Of a DNA stretch of 64,000 nt, positions 34,954 through 46,766 are shown in pieces. Every line of letters starts with the position of its first letter. Position 1 is the first letter of the stretch. Origin of the DNA: Flavobacteriales bacterium (GTDB taxonomy: Bacteria > Bacteroidota > Bacteroidia > Flavobacteriales_F > PHOS-HE28); NCBI GenBank assembly GCA_038234075.1, contig JBBSUV010000015.1, positions 470 through 64,469 of the forward strand. The letters are read 5' to 3'. Below the pieces are notes generated by a model. That model worked only from the letters and a program-made list of their open reading frames with translations. It had not been told where the DNA came from and searched no databases. A program made the translations under genes and the position numbers.

Positions 34954-37398
34954 ATGTTGAACGATGATGTGAGCAACAACGCGGCCCAGCTGGACAGCTA
35001 CCGCGAGCGCATCACCAACTTCAGCAACGAGTTCGACCTCGGTCTCTTCATCTACATCGTCAAGCGGTCCTTCATCTGGATCGCTTTGTGCCTGCTGTTG
35101 GCATTCAGCGCGGCTTTCCTCTATCTGCGGTATACAGCGCCGACCTATGCCAGCAGCGTCGTGCTCCAACTGGGGCAAAGCAACAACGCCCAGATGGTCC
35201 TGAAGGTGAACGACCTGATGGAGGACAATACGCTGCAAGCGGACGTGCAACTTCTTCGCTCCAACTTCTTCGTCGCCAAGGCCGTAGCGCTGCTTCCCTT
35301 GGAAGTGCGCTATTTCTTCCGGGGCCAGATCCTTACCGAGGAGTATTACAAGCAGTCCTTCTACAAAGTGGAACACTTGAAGGTGATCGATGCTGAGATC
35401 TGGGATAAGGCGATCAGTGTGGCACCGCTCGATGACGGCACCCTCCAACTCTCCTACACGATCGGTGTGACACCTTACAACATCCCGGTGACCTTGGGTA
35501 AAGATTTCTCCACCCCTCATTTCAATGGCCGGATCGTGACCGAGTCGGGCCGTAAATGGCCCACCGGCTTAGAGCGAGGCACCCTGTATTTCACGCTCAA
35601 TGATCCCAAGTCCCTCACAAGCGAGTTCGCCGGCCAGGTCAATGTGACCATCAATGATCCCAGCGCCAAGACCATCACGATCAGTTACACTGACCATAAC
35701 GCACTGCTGGCGCGCGATATCTGCCAGGCCATGGCCGATGCCTACATCACCTATGACGTGGAGCGGAAGTCCGAAAGCGCGGAGAATATCCTCCGCTTCA
35801 TCGAAAGCCAGAAGGATACGGTATTCGAGGAATTGCGGGCGAGCGAATTAAAGTTGGAGATCTTCAAGCGGGACAACCGGGTGTCGGACATGGACCAGCT
35901 CACTCCGCTCCTTCTTCAGCGCTCAGATGAGTATGAGGATCAGATGCTGAAACTCCGCATGGAGGATAACCTGCTGAAGGAGATCGAACATGCGGCGAAA
36001 CAGGATGATGGTCACCTGAACGTATACCAGCTCATCCCCTTGTTGATCGGCAGCGACTTCGCCTCCTCCTTGGAGGATGCCATCAACCGGTTGGGCAAGA
36101 TGCTCGATGAAAGGTCGGGCATGGCCTTCGAGGTTACCACGGAAAATGAGAACCTGAGGGTCTTGGACAGGCAGATCGAGATGCAACAAGGCCTGATCTT
36201 CGAAAGTGTCGCGACGATGCGCTCCCGAATCGCTTCGCGCATGGCGGACTATGGCGCAAAGTTGGACGAATACGAGCAGCGTTTCTACCAAATGCCCGAG
36301 CAGGAGCTGGCCTATGCTCGGATCAACCGCCTGTTCAACATCAATGAGAAGTATTACACGCAGCTCTTGGAGAAGGACATCGAATACCGGATCAGCAAGG
36401 CCGGCTTCGTATCCGAGAACCATGTGCTGGAATCAGCGGTAGTGCCGACCACGCCCATCTCCCCGAACCGGAGCATGATCATGCTCTCCTATATCCTCAC
36501 GGGTCTTATCATCGGGATATTGATCGTATTGGTGCGTTATATCCTGCACAACAACATCACCTCGCTGAACGATATCGCCAAGGCGAGCAATTCATCGGTC
36601 GGGATCCTGGGTATGGTGCCCAAGTACAAAAAGGAGATCCCCGTTAGCCAGCTGATCGTGGATAAAAACCCGAAATCCTTGATCGCTGAAAGCTTCCGGA
36701 GTGTGCGCACGAACTTGCAGTTCGTGGATAATTCCCCCGGCCCGAAATTGATCGCTGTGACCAGTACGATCTCCGGCGAGGGCAAGACTTTCGTGGCGAT
36801 CAATCTTGCAGGCATCATCAGCTTCAGCGAAAAGCGCGTGGTGGTGCTTGACCTGGACATGCGGAAACCGAAGATCCACTTGGGCTTCGGAGTGGAGAAC
36901 ATCCGCGGTATGAGCACGTTGCTCATCGGTAAGGACGAAGTGCATAACTGCATCCAGCACAGCAGTCTACCCGGACTTGACTTCATCACGGCCGGCCCGA
37001 TACCGCCGAACCCCAGCGAACTGATCATCAGCGTGAACATGACGCGCATCCTGGATATCCTGAAGAAGGAGTACGACGTTGTACTGATCGACACCCCACC
37101 AGTAGGATTGGTAACGGATGGCATCTCCATCATTCAAGCAGCGGACATCCCCATTTACATCTTCAGGTCGGACTACTCGAAGAAGGCCTTCGTCCAGAAC
37201 GTCGACCGGTTGATGAATGAGAACCACATCACCCGCCTGAGCGCCATATTGAACGGCGTGGACGTGGACCGCAACAAGTACGGTTATGCTTATGGTTATG
37301 GCTACGGATATGGCTATGGCTACGGTTATGGCTACTATGAGGACCGCGCTGCCAAAACATCCTCGAACTGGTTCTTCAAGCTCTTCAACCGCCTATGA
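34954..37398 (+). CDS. wzc: Polysaccharide co-polymerase / BY-kinase (Wzc)
   Basis: Two TM helices, ESFRSVRTNL, TSTISGEGKTF, DLDMRKP, IDTPP, C-terminal (YG)n tyrosine cluster. Confidence 0.93.
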   Translation: MLNDDVSNNAAQLDSYRERITNFSNEFDLGLFIYIVKRSFIWIALCLLLAFSAAFLYLRYTAPTYASSVVLQLGQSNNAQMVLKVNDLMEDNTLQADVQLLRSNFFVAKAVALLPLEVRYFFRGQILTEEYYKQSFYKVEHLKVIDAEIWDKAISVAPLDDGTLQLSYTIGVTPYNIPVTLGKDFSTPHFNGRIVTESGRKWPTGLERGTLYFTLNDPKSLTSEFAGQVNVTINDPSAKTITISYTDHNALLARDICQAMADAYITYDVERKSESAENILRFIESQKDTVFEELRASELKLEIFKRDNRVSDMDQLTPLLLQRSDEYEDQMLKLRMEDNLLKEIEHAAKQDDGHLNVYQLIPLLIGSDFASSLEDAINRLGKMLDERSGMAFEVTTENENLRVLDRQIEMQQGLIFESVATMRSRIASRMADYGAKLDEYEQRFYQMPEQELAYARINRLFNINEKYYTQLLEKDIEYRISKAGFVSENHVLESAVVPTTPISPNRSMIMLSYILTGLIIGILIVLVRYILHNNITSLNDIAKASNSSVGILGMVPKYKKEIPVSQLIVDKNPKSLIAESFRSVRTNLQFVDNSPGPKLIAVTSTISGEGKTFVAINLAGIISFSEKRVVVLDLDMRKPKIHLGFGVENIRGMSTLLIGKDEVHNCIQHSSLPGLDFITAGPIPPNPSELIISVNMTRILDILKKEYDVVLIDTPPVGLVTDGISIIQAADIPIYIFRSDYSKKAFVQNVDRLMNENHITRLSAILNGVDVDRNKYGYAYGYGYGYGYGYGYGYYEDRAAKTSSNWFFKLFNRL

Positions 37399-37943
37399 TC
37401 GATGTATTCAAGACCCGGATGGAGGGGCTATTGCGCCTACGTCCACGGGTGTTCAGTGATGAAAGGGGACATTTCCTGGAGCCGTTCAATACGGCCTCTT
37501 TCGCAGAAGCCACCGGCATCACCGCCCCTTTCGTACAGGACAACGAAAGCTGTTCCAAAGCCGGCGTGTTGCGCGGGCTCCATCTGCAAGTAAGCCCACA
37601 CGGACAAGCCAAGCTGGCCCGAGTAGTGAAAGGTGCCGTGCTGGACGTTTGTGTGGATCTGCGGCCGGGCAGCGCCACATTCGGTGAGCACTTCAGCGCG
37701 CGGCTGGACAGCGAGAACCGCGACATGCTCTATATCCCTGCTGGCATGGCGCATGGATTCCTGGCCTTGGAGAATGATACCATCTTCGCCTACAAGTGTT
37801 CCGCCTACTATGCACCTTCAGCGGAACGCACCATTCTCTGGAACGATCCCGACCTGGCCATCCAATGGGGGATCAAGGATCCGTTGGTGAGCGCGAAAGA
37901 TCTAGCCGGCTCCACTTTCACGTCGAGAGCCTGGGAGAAATAG
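37395..37943 (+). CDS. rfbC: dTDP-4-dehydrorhamnose 3,5-epimerase
   Basis: FSDERGHF, FVQDNES, GVLRGLH, VDLRPGSATFG, AHGFLAL, WNDPDL. Confidence 0.95.
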   Translation: MIDVFKTRMEGLLRLRPRVFSDERGHFLEPFNTASFAEATGITAPFVQDNESCSKAGVLRGLHLQVSPHGQAKLARVVKGAVLDVCVDLRPGSATFGEHFSARLDSENRDMLYIPAGMAHGFLALENDTIFAYKCSAYYAPSAERTILWNDPDLAIQWGIKDPLVSAKDLAGSTFTSRAWEK

Positions 37944-37945
37944 CC

Positions 37946-39031
37946 ATGTACACGGAGAGCCAGTTGTTCCTCATTCTGAGCGGCCTGTTCTTTCTGGCAC
38001 TGGTGTTCTCCTTGTTGGTGAACTCCGTGTTCATGCGCTTTTTCAGGACCTTCGGGATCCGAGAGGACGCGCCGACGATGGTGCGCTGGAACGCGTCAGC
38101 GAAACCCGCATTCGGCGGCATCGGTTTTTTCATCGTCTTCCTTTTTGCGTTCGCTGCCTATGGGGTCCTCTTCCCGAACAATGCCTCCGACCCTCTCCAA
38201 CCGCAGCTACTGGGCCTTTTGGCCGCCACCGGCCTTGGATTCCTCATGGGCCTGGCCGACGATGCCTACGATACCCGTCCTCTGCTGAAGTTCGTTACCC
38301 AAGTGGCTTGCGGGGTGCTTCTACTAAGCACAGGGACCGGCATACATGTCTTCAACATTCCTGCGGTGGATAATATCCTGACCGTCCTTTGGGTGGTGGG
38401 TATGATGAACGCCATCAACATGTTGGACAACATGGACGCCATCACTTCGGTGGTGACATTGGCCATCCTTGTCGCCGCCCTCACCCAATTGCTGCCCTTG
38501 GGCAATGCCGCTGATGTGAACACCGTGATCATCATCGCTGTATGCGGCGCCATTGGCGGCTTTCTCTTTTTCAACTGGCACCCCTCGCGCATGTTCATGG
38601 GCGATACTGGGAGCCAGTTCCTGGGGGTCCTCATCGCCTATCTCGGTATCCGGTATTTCTGGAACGGCACTTCCCTCACCGGGGCCATTGATCCTTGGCG
38701 GCAGGTCTCCATCACTGCGGTCGTGTTCATCCTTCCCCTTGCCGATACCACTACCGTGTCCATCAATCGCATGATGCGTGGCCACTCCCCCTTCGTCGGC
38801 GGCAAGGACCACACAACGCACTATATGAGCTACGCCGGACTCACCGACTCCCAGGTGGCCATGGTGTATGGTGGTCTCGGCCTGGTCTCCAGCTTCCTCG
38901 GTTTCATCGCACTCCGGTTCATCCCCGTGTGGCGGCCGTTGCATTCGTTCCTCTTCCTCGGATACGCCTTGGTGGTGTTCCTCTTTCTCTTCGCCCTGAC
39001 GAAAAGGCGAGGGATCGACCGACCTTTGTAG
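37946..39031 (+). CDS. MraY/WecA family polyprenyl-phosphate GlcNAc-1-P transferase
   Basis: GGIGFF, GLADD, NAINMLDNMD, FNWHPSRMFMGDTGS; ATG at 37946. Confidence 0.9.
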   Translation: MYTESQLFLILSGLFFLALVFSLLVNSVFMRFFRTFGIREDAPTMVRWNASAKPAFGGIGFFIVFLFAFAAYGVLFPNNASDPLQPQLLGLLAATGLGFLMGLADDAYDTRPLLKFVTQVACGVLLLSTGTGIHVFNIPAVDNILTVLWVVGMMNAINMLDNMDAITSVVTLAILVAALTQLLPLGNAADVNTVIIIAVCGAIGGFLFFNWHPSRMFMGDTGSQFLGVLIAYLGIRYFWNGTSLTGAIDPWRQVSITAVVFILPLADTTTVSINRMMRGHSPFVGGKDHTTHYMSYAGLTDSQVAMVYGGLGLVSSFLGFIALRFIPVWRPLHSFLFLGYALVVFLFLFALTKRRGIDRPL

Positions 39032-39036
39032 TCCCA

Positions 39037-40002
39037 ATGCGCAACTTTCCCTCCGTCATCGGCAAGAGCTTGCTGGTGCTACTGCTCATCGGTGGTGGCG
39101 CCATCGCGCTCCAGGTCCTCACCTTCAGCATCACCACCGAGGACAGTGACCTGGACCACCAGCGACGCTTCAACGAGAGCTACAACATCTTCAGCCTCAA
39201 CCTGCCCACGCACCTTGATTTCTGCGGTGAGAAAGTGCCGTTGGAACAGTTGGACGTGCGCGAGCGACTGGACCGCGAACTGCTGGTGAACACCTACTGG
39301 CAGAGCAGTTCATTGCTGGCACACAAACGGGCGAACAGGTGGTTCCCGGTGATCGAGCCGATCCTTAAGCGGGAAGGCGTGCCGGATGACATGAAGTACA
39401 TCCCGCTGGTGGAAAGCGGGCTCACCAATGTGGTCAGCCCTGCCGGCGCCGTGGGATTTTGGCAATTCATGCCGGCCACCGCCACAGGGCATGGTCTGGA
39501 GGTGAACAACGAAGTGGATGAGCGGTACAATGTGGTCCGTAGTACGGAAGCGGCGTGTGCGTTCCTGAAGGAAGCGCATGACCGTTATGGCTCCTGGGCC
39601 ATGGCCGCCGCCAGTTACAACTTGGGCCAAGGGAATTTGGAGAAACAACTGGGGCGCCAGAAGGAAAAGAACTACTTCGACCTGCTGTTGCCGGAAGAGA
39701 CGTCGCGGTACATCTTCCGCGTATTGGCGATGCGATCGATCATGACCGACCCGGAGCGCTTCGGCTTCCACTTGCGCAAAAAAGACCTTTACCCTCCGTA
39801 CCTCACGCATGCCGTGGAGCTGGTTCCTCCCGTGGCGGACCTGAACGCCTTCGCCAATGCGAACGGAACGAACTATAAGATGTTGAAACTGTTGAACCCT
39901 TGGTTGCGCGACAATCTCCTCACGGAACATCCGGGAAAGACCTACACCGTGCTGCTGCCGGACAAAGGGTTCGATCAGGCCACGGCCGACAATGAGCAAT
40001 AA
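39037..40002 (+). CDS. Lytic transglycosylase (MltD-like SLT domain)
   Basis: [42 protein letters not shown]; ATG at 39037. Confidence 0.9.
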   Translation: MRNFPSVIGKSLLVLLLIGGGAIALQVLTFSITTEDSDLDHQRRFNESYNIFSLNLPTHLDFCGEKVPLEQLDVRERLDRELLVNTYWQSSSLLAHKRANRWFPVIEPILKREGVPDDMKYIPLVESGLTNVVSPAGAVGFWQFMPATATGHGLEVNNEVDERYNVVRSTEAACAFLKEAHDRYGSWAMAAASYNLGQGNLEKQLGRQKEKNYFDLLLPEETSRYIFRVLAMRSIMTDPERFGFHLRKKDLYPPYLTHAVELVPPVADLNAFANANGTNYKMLKLLNPWLRDNLLTEHPGKTYTVLLPDKGFDQATADNEQ

Positions 40003-42865
40003 AAGGAACAGCCTTTCCGATACGGATACCCGCACGCTGGAGGTCCCGTTGGAGGAAGAGTACATCGAGGTGTTCGGTGCGCGCGTCCACAACCTGAAGA
40101 ACATCGATGTGCGCATCCCGCGTGATAAGCTTGTGGTGATCACCGGCCTCAGCGGCAGCGGTAAAAGCTCACTCGCATTCGATACGATCCATGCCGAGGG
40201 TCAACGGCGGTACATCGAAACGTTCAACGCCTACGCGCGGCAATTCCTTGGCGGTATTGAGCGGCCGGACGTGGACCTGATCACCGGCCTCAGCCCCGTT
40301 ATCGCGATCGAGCAGAAGACGATCAGCAAGAATCCGCGCAGCACCGTGGGTACCATCACGGAGATCTACGATCTGCTGCGACTGCTCTATGCGCGAGTGG
40401 CCGATGCGTACAGCCACATCACCGGTGAGCGCATGGTGCGCTATACCGACAAGCAGATCACCGACCTGCTGACGAAGGAGCACGACGGGCAGGACCTCTT
40501 GATCCTCGCCCCATTGGTCCGCGGCCGCAAGGGACATTACCGCGAGCTTTTCGAGCAACTGCTGCGCCAAGGCTTTTTGCGCGCCCGCGTGGATGGCAAC
40601 GTGATCGACATCACTGGACGCCCGCGGCTGGACCGCTATAAGACACACGACATCGAACTGGTGGTGGACCGCCTGAAGGTAACCGCCTCCCAGATCAAGC
40701 GCCTGAAGGAAAGCTGCGCCACGGCGTTGAAGTATGGCAAGGGCAACATGATCGCCCTCGACACCAAGCACCCGGACGCCCCACGCTACCTCAGCCGACA
40801 CCTGATGGACCCCGTGAGCGGGATCGCCTACGAGGAGCCCGAGCCGAACCTGTTCAGCTTCAACAGCCCGTATGGCGCATGCCCGCGCTGCGGTGGCTTG
40901 GGCCAGGTGACCGAAGCAGCACCGGAAAAGATCGTACCGGACCGTTCCAAAAGCCTGAAGCGCGGAGCGATACCGGCGTTGGGCAGCTATAAGCCAACGG
41001 GCATCTTCCGGCAGGTGGAAGCCGTGCTGGAGAACTACGGTCACGATGCCAACACGGCCTTCGATGAGATGGAGGATGAGGTGCTCACCACCATCCTGAA
41101 CGGCCTCGACGAACCGCTGCGGGTGGTAAGCAAGGCGGGTCTCAGTGATCGCTCGGTCCGCTTCGACGGCATCATCCCGTACATCCTCGAGCAGGCACAG
41201 GACGGTCCGCAAAGCGCGCGCAAATGGGCGGGACAATTCACCCGCATGGTGGAGTGCCCCCTCTGTGAAGGCACCCGCTTGAAGAAGACCGCGCGTTGGT
41301 TCCGCATCGCGGACAAGAACATCGCGGAGCTGGCGCACATGCCGATCAATGAACTGCATGCGCACATGCTGGCGTTGCCGGAGAAGCTGAACGAGCGCCA
41401 AGCGGTGATCGCCCATGAAGTGGTTAAGGAGATCGCTTCGCGCAGTAAATTCCTGCTCGACGTGGGCTTGGAATACCTCACCTTGGACCGCAGTGCACGC
41501 ACCCTCAGCGGTGGCGAGGCGCAGCGGATCCGCTTGGCCACACAGATCGGCAGCCAGCTCACCGGTGTGCTCTACATATTGGACGAGCCCAGCATCGGGC
41601 TGCACATGCGCGATGACCACCGCCTGATCGACAGCCTGCGGGACCTGCGCGATGGTGGAAACAGCGTGCTGGTGGTGGAGCACGACAAGGAAATGATGCG
41701 CCACGCGGACCACATCATCGACATCGGCCCTGGCGCCGGGATCCATGGCGGGCACGTGGTGGCGCAAGGCACGCCGCAGGAACTGATGAAGAGCGGATCG
41801 CTCACCGCGCGCTATCTCACTGGAGAGGAACGTATCGCCATACCCAAGGTCCGGCGCAAGGGGAACGGGCACGAGCTCCGGCTGAAAGGCGCTTCGGGCA
41901 ACAACCTTAAGGCCGTGGACCTCGTGCTTCCGCTGGGCACCTTCATCTGCGTCACCGGCGTGAGCGGCAGCGGCAAGAGCACGTTGATCGACGACACCCT
42001 CTACCCCATCCTAAGCAAGACCTTCCACCGGGCGCAGACCCATCCGTTGCCCTATACAAGCATTGAAGGGCTCAAGTATCTCGACAAAGTGATCGAGGTG
42101 GACCAATCGCCCATCGGCCGCACCCCACGCAGCAATCCGGCCACCTACACCGGACTGTTCGACCACATCCGCCAGCTCTTCGCGGCGTTGCCGAGTGCGA
42201 AGATCCGTGGGTACAAGACCGGACGGTTCAGCTTCAACACACCCGGTGGTCGCTGCGAGACCTGCAAGGGTGCTGGTGTGCGCACCATCGCCATGAACTT
42301 CCTTCCCGACGTGGCCGTGCCCTGTGAGACCTGCCGCGGAAAGCGCTACGATCGCGAAACCCTTGAGGTCCGCTTCAAAGGGAAGAATATCGCGGACGTG
42401 CTTGCGCTCAGCGTGGAAGAAGCCATGGGGATCTTCAGCGAGATCCCCAACATCAGTATGAAGCTCAGCACACTCCTCGACGTCGGGCTTGGCTACATCA
42501 CACTCGGACAGGGCAGCACCACCCTTAGCGGCGGTGAGGCACAGCGCATCAAACTGGCCACGGAGCTGAGCAAGCGGCATACCGGAAGCACGTTCTACAT
42601 TCTTGACGAGCCGACCACCGGTCTGCATTTCGAGGACACGCGACAATTGATCCATGTGCTGGACAAACTGGTTGAGCATGGTAACACGGTGCTCACCATC
42701 GAGCACAACATGGATATCATCAAAGTGGCGGACCATGTGATCGACATGGGCCCCGAAGGTGGTGCTGGCGGCGGTCTCATCGTAGCGCACGGCACACCGG
42801 AGGAAGTTGCGCTGATGGGACGTGGCCACACCGCCAAGTTCCTGGAGCGCGAACTCTTCAACTGA
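39992..42865 (+). CDS. uvrA: Excinuclease ABC subunit A
   Basis: GARVHNLKN, two Walker A ([18 protein letters not shown]), two LSGGEAQR signatures, zinc fingers. Confidence 0.98.
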   Translation: MSNKRNSLSDTDTRTLEVPLEEEYIEVFGARVHNLKNIDVRIPRDKLVVITGLSGSGKSSLAFDTIHAEGQRRYIETFNAYARQFLGGIERPDVDLITGLSPVIAIEQKTISKNPRSTVGTITEIYDLLRLLYARVADAYSHITGERMVRYTDKQITDLLTKEHDGQDLLILAPLVRGRKGHYRELFEQLLRQGFLRARVDGNVIDITGRPRLDRYKTHDIELVVDRLKVTASQIKRLKESCATALKYGKGNMIALDTKHPDAPRYLSRHLMDPVSGIAYEEPEPNLFSFNSPYGACPRCGGLGQVTEAAPEKIVPDRSKSLKRGAIPALGSYKPTGIFRQVEAVLENYGHDANTAFDEMEDEVLTTILNGLDEPLRVVSKAGLSDRSVRFDGIIPYILEQAQDGPQSARKWAGQFTRMVECPLCEGTRLKKTARWFRIADKNIAELAHMPINELHAHMLALPEKLNERQAVIAHEVVKEIASRSKFLLDVGLEYLTLDRSARTLSGGEAQRIRLATQIGSQLTGVLYILDEPSIGLHMRDDHRLIDSLRDLRDGGNSVLVVEHDKEMMRHADHIIDIGPGAGIHGGHVVAQGTPQELMKSGSLTARYLTGEERIAIPKVRRKGNGHELRLKGASGNNLKAVDLVLPLGTFICVTGVSGSGKSTLIDDTLYPILSKTFHRAQTHPLPYTSIEGLKYLDKVIEVDQSPIGRTPRSNPATYTGLFDHIRQLFAALPSAKIRGYKTGRFSFNTPGGRCETCKGAGVRTIAMNFLPDVAVPCETCRGKRYDRETLEVRFKGKNIADVLALSVEEAMGIFSEIPNISMKLSTLLDVGLGYITLGQGSTTLSGGEAQRIKLATELSKRHTGSTFYILDEPTTGLHFEDTRQLIHVLDKLVEHGNTVLTIEHNMDIIKVADHVIDMGPEGGAGGGLIVAHGTPEEVALMGRGHTAKFLERELFN

Positions 42866-43040
42866 ACCGCGCCTTCCAGCGGTGATCGCTCTTTCATAAG
42901 ATCTTTCATATGGCCGCAAGCCGACATGCTCTTCAACACGCCGTTGTTGGAAGATGGGGTACTGTGCACTGCCTGCGGCACACGGCACGCGGATAAGTTT
43001 GCTCGCATCGTAAACGCATTCATCCGCGAAGCCCGATCCC

Positions 43041-44468
43041 ATGATCAAGATCTTCACCCTACTCAACGTCGCAGGCCTCTTCCTTTTCAACCTGCTCTTC
43101 GTTGGTAACGTCAGTATCGTGCAGGAGATGCCGGCAAAAATGGACCCGGGAACAGAGGTCCGTGTCACCGTTACGGTCAACAAGGACAAGCTCTCCGGCT
43201 TCGCCAAACTGCAGATCGATCTGCCTGTGGGATTCACCGCCACTGCCATTGAAACGAAAGGTGCGTCCTTCACCTTCGCGGACGGGAAAGCGAAATTCAT
43301 CTGGATGGCGCTGCCCACCCAGCCTTCGTTCAAAGTGAGCTACACACTCAGCGCGGATGCCAATGTGGTCGGCCCCATGCAACTGACCGGTAGGCTCTCC
43401 TACATCGAGGACAACGAACGGAAGACGGTGGACATGGCGCCATCATCCATCACGGTCGGTACTGGCGGTGTGGTAGCAGCGGCACCTTCCACTTCCAACG
43501 AACAGTCAACGGGCACCATAGCAAGCACGACACCTGAAAGCATCCCGGCAAAGGAGGCACCTGTACCGCAGGGTGCCATCGCAGCGGTCGCTGAGCAGTC
43601 GGTGATCCCCGATGTCGCAGCGAACGATATGCCAGGCATTGCTCCACAGAACGGCCCTGGCAATGTGAGTGCACAGCGCACCATCACCCCGGTCAATGCT
43701 TCGGAGATGCTGGTGGAGGTGACCATCAAGAAGGGTCTCCTCCGCGGGTTCGGAAAGTTGCAGGAGACTTTGCCGGAAGGGTTCACCGCAGCGGTGAATG
43801 AGTCCGATGACGCCATCTTCAGCACCAAAGGGCGCGTGGCCAAATTCGTATGGTTGAACCTGCCTTCCAAGGAAGAGATGAAGGTGACCTATCGCTTGAT
43901 CGGGCCTTCCACTGCCAGCGGCGAACTCGCGGTGAACGGCGAATTCGGGTACCTGATGAACGACCTGACCCAACGCGCGGTCATCGGCACGACCAACTTC
44001 ACCATCGGCGGCCTGGTCGCGGACAAAACTCCTGTAAAAACACAGCAGACGACATCCACCACCACAACGACCACTCCGGAACCTGTGGTGACGAAGCCCA
44101 CCCGTACGGAGCCATCCACCGATGTCGTCGCTTCCCGTACTCCAAAAGCAAAGGTCACCTCCATTCCAGCACCGGAATCCGGCATCACCTTCAAGGTACA
44201 GATCACAGCCGCCCACCGCGAAGTGGGCAAGCCGTATTTCGTCCAACGACATCACTTTGATGGTGATTTCAGCATCGAGCGCAACGACGGATGGATCAAG
44301 TATGTCACTGGCATGTTCGACCGCTACCGCGCCGCCCGCGATCAGCGTCAAGCTTACATTGACGCCAACCACAACTTCCCCGGTCCCTTCGTCACGGCTT
44401 ACAACAACGGTGAGCGTATCACCGTGCAGGAAGCCTTGATGATCGCCAAACAGAACTCTGCACAGTGA
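43041..44468 (+). CDS. Exported protein: two repeated Ig-like domains, Thr/Pro linkers, C-terminal SPOR-like domain
   Basis: Repeat GF(A/G)KLQ..LP.GFTA...AKF(I/V)W..LP twice; C-terminal ITFKVQITA...WIKYVTGMF..Y..A...PFVTAYNNGERI. Confidence 0.75.
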   Translation: MIKIFTLLNVAGLFLFNLLFVGNVSIVQEMPAKMDPGTEVRVTVTVNKDKLSGFAKLQIDLPVGFTATAIETKGASFTFADGKAKFIWMALPTQPSFKVSYTLSADANVVGPMQLTGRLSYIEDNERKTVDMAPSSITVGTGGVVAAAPSTSNEQSTGTIASTTPESIPAKEAPVPQGAIAAVAEQSVIPDVAANDMPGIAPQNGPGNVSAQRTITPVNASEMLVEVTIKKGLLRGFGKLQETLPEGFTAAVNESDDAIFSTKGRVAKFVWLNLPSKEEMKVTYRLIGPSTASGELAVNGEFGYLMNDLTQRAVIGTTNFTIGGLVADKTPVKTQQTTSTTTTTTPEPVVTKPTRTEPSTDVVASRTPKAKVTSIPAPESGITFKVQITAAHREVGKPYFVQRHHFDGDFSIERNDGWIKYVTGMFDRYRAARDQRQAYIDANHNFPGPFVTAYNNGERITVQEALMIAKQNSAQ

Positions 44469-44493
44469 CCTGATCTTTTCAGAACTAACCTGG

Positions 44494-46593
44494 ATGCGCA
44501 TCCCGGCCACGCCCTCCCTGCTCCGCCCTTTGGCGTTGAGCGCCGTGATGTCGGTGTGCGCGATCCCGTTCGCACAGGCACAGACCGAGGCACAGGCACC
44601 ACCCGATTCCACGCGCTTCCAGCTGAGGCCCTCGTTCTCCTTGGGCACCGGCATGCTCGGCTTTTATGGCGACGTGGGGTTCAATAGCAAATACTATAGT
44701 CCGTTGGTCTCGCGCATCGGCTATGAGCTGAGGGCCTCCTCCCCCATCACCGATTGGTTGGAGGTGAGCCTTTTCGCGTTGCATGGCCGCTTAAGCGCGA
44801 ACGAACGGAGCTTGGGACGCAACCTCAACTTCGAATCGCGGATCACCACCGGCGGAGTACAGTTCACCTACACCTTCAACCAGCTGCTGAAGCCGGGCCA
44901 TGTGGTTGAACCCTTTGTGAGCGTGGGCTTCGAAAGCTTGGAATTCCTCAGCAAGACCGACCTGAAGGACGCGTACGGCCGGCGGTACAACTACTGGAGC
45001 GACGGCACCATCCGGGACATCGCGGAGGACGCACTGAACGCCGCCGACGCCGTGGAGATATCCCGCGATTATACCTATGAGAGCGATGTGCGTGAGAGCA
45101 ATATCGACGGGTTCGGGAAGTACGAAGAGCAGACTTGGGCCATTCCCGTTGGCGTGGGCGTGAAGATGCTCCTTGGCCACGGGTTCGATGCCCGTGTCGG
45201 GGCCACCATGCACTTCACGCGCACGGACTTCATGGACGGCGTCTCGGACATGAGCATCGGGGACCGCAAAGGCGACGGACGTAAGGACCGCTTCCTTTTC
45301 ACCTCCTTCTCTGTGGGCTACGCGATCAACATGACGCCGAGGAAGAAGAAATTCAAGCCTACGCTCACCCCTCAGCAGATGGACGTCATCGCGTTCAATG
45401 ATGATGAGGACGGTGACGGCGTGATGGACTGGAGCGACCTCTGCCCGCACACACCCGCAGGTGCGGCCGTGGATGAACATGGCTGCCCCTTGGACAGCGA
45501 CGGTGACAGCGTTCCGGATTACATGGACGACGAACCAGGCACCTTGGCGGGCGCCGCGGTCAACGAGCGCGGCGTGACGCTCACTGACGATGACCTGCTC
45601 CGTGCATGGCTGAACTACAAGGACTCCGCCAACGTCACGATCATCAGCAACCGCGTAGAGTCGTTCGGCCCCGTAGGCAAGCCGAAGGTGACCCGTCCCG
45701 CCACAACGGCCAAGCGCACCTATGTGGTGAAGGTGGGCACCCAAGTGGAAGGCATCAGCGAGGAATTGATCCAGCGGATCCTCAGCCTGCCGGACGTACG
45801 CACGATCGAGCGCGGCGACACCACCTTCTATATCGTGGGGAATTTCGATGCGCTGCCTGATGCCATAAAACGAGAACTCCAGCTGAAGGGCCAAGGCTTC
45901 GAGGGCACCGTGATGATCGAACAGAACGGTAAGCTGATCGACCTTCCCCAAGGGGGCATTACAAAGCGGGAGAGCGAAGTACTCACCAACCTCGCACCCG
46001 CGGAACCGGAGAAGTCCGGCAAAGTGGTGGTCCGTGTCCAGTTGGGCGCATTCCGCCACCGATTGGCGGAGAACATCTTCTCAGGCATTCCAGATCTTGT
46101 GACCTTGAAGGACAAGGACGGACTGACGCGCTACTACACCGGGTCATACACGGATATAAACGAGGCCGCAAAGCACAAGGTGAACATGCTGTTGAAAGGA
46201 TTCGAGGGTGCGTTCCTCGTGGCCTTCAAGGATGGCAAACGCGTCTCCATCGCCGAGGCTGGTGCCCAGCTCACCGGCCCTGAGAACCTGAACAGCATCC
46301 CTTCCGGCAGCATCAATCCGGCCCACCTCTCCTTCCGGGTGCAAGTGGGCACCTTCGCCGGGAACGTACCCATGGAGACCATGAGCAAGTATGTGGACCT
46401 GGGCAATGTGAAGCCGGTGGCTGGCGAGAGCGCAGTGCGCTACCTCTATGGCGAATACACCACGCGCACAGCCGCCGAGCTGGCCCGCAAGGAGCTTCAG
46501 AACCTCGGTTTCGAGGATGCCTTCGTGGTGGGTGAGATGAACGGCCGGATCATACAGGCGGAGGACGCCCAGAGGCTGTTGGAGGGTAAATAG
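44494..46593 (+). CDS. Outer-membrane beta-barrel protein with thrombospondin type 3 repeats and SPOR-like domains
   Basis: Signal peptide, barrel strands, DEDGDGVMDWSDLCPHTP...GCPLDSDGDSVPDYMD, VRVQLGAF and FRVQVGTF...GFEDAFVV domains. Confidence 0.78.
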   Translation: MRIPATPSLLRPLALSAVMSVCAIPFAQAQTEAQAPPDSTRFQLRPSFSLGTGMLGFYGDVGFNSKYYSPLVSRIGYELRASSPITDWLEVSLFALHGRLSANERSLGRNLNFESRITTGGVQFTYTFNQLLKPGHVVEPFVSVGFESLEFLSKTDLKDAYGRRYNYWSDGTIRDIAEDALNAADAVEISRDYTYESDVRESNIDGFGKYEEQTWAIPVGVGVKMLLGHGFDARVGATMHFTRTDFMDGVSDMSIGDRKGDGRKDRFLFTSFSVGYAINMTPRKKKFKPTLTPQQMDVIAFNDDEDGDGVMDWSDLCPHTPAGAAVDEHGCPLDSDGDSVPDYMDDEPGTLAGAAVNERGVTLTDDDLLRAWLNYKDSANVTIISNRVESFGPVGKPKVTRPATTAKRTYVVKVGTQVEGISEELIQRILSLPDVRTIERGDTTFYIVGNFDALPDAIKRELQLKGQGFEGTVMIEQNGKLIDLPQGGITKRESEVLTNLAPAEPEKSGKVVVRVQLGAFRHRLAENIFSGIPDLVTLKDKDGLTRYYTGSYTDINEAAKHKVNMLLKGFEGAFLVAFKDGKRVSIAEAGAQLTGPENLNSIPSGSINPAHLSFRVQVGTFAGNVPMETMSKYVDLGNVKPVAGESAVRYLYGEYTTRTAAELARKELQNLGFEDAFVVGEMNGRIIQAEDAQRLLEGK

Positions 46594-46766
46594 CCACTGC
46601 GAGCTTGGAAGGCCCGTTGCCTTCATGACCCTTACATATGTTCGGGCTAGGATATGCTTCGCAGGTTTTCTGCTCAATGTCCAATTTGGATGACACGCTA
46701 CCCTTGGAACGGCACACGTTACCAGGGTAGTGGTCCGTTATCTTGCTGCCCAGATCCACCAAGCCC

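Noticed and set aside
37278-37338. (TAYGGY)n hexamer repeat as a contingency locus
   Set aside because: It encodes the normal Wzc tyrosine cluster and is broken up by synonymous changes.
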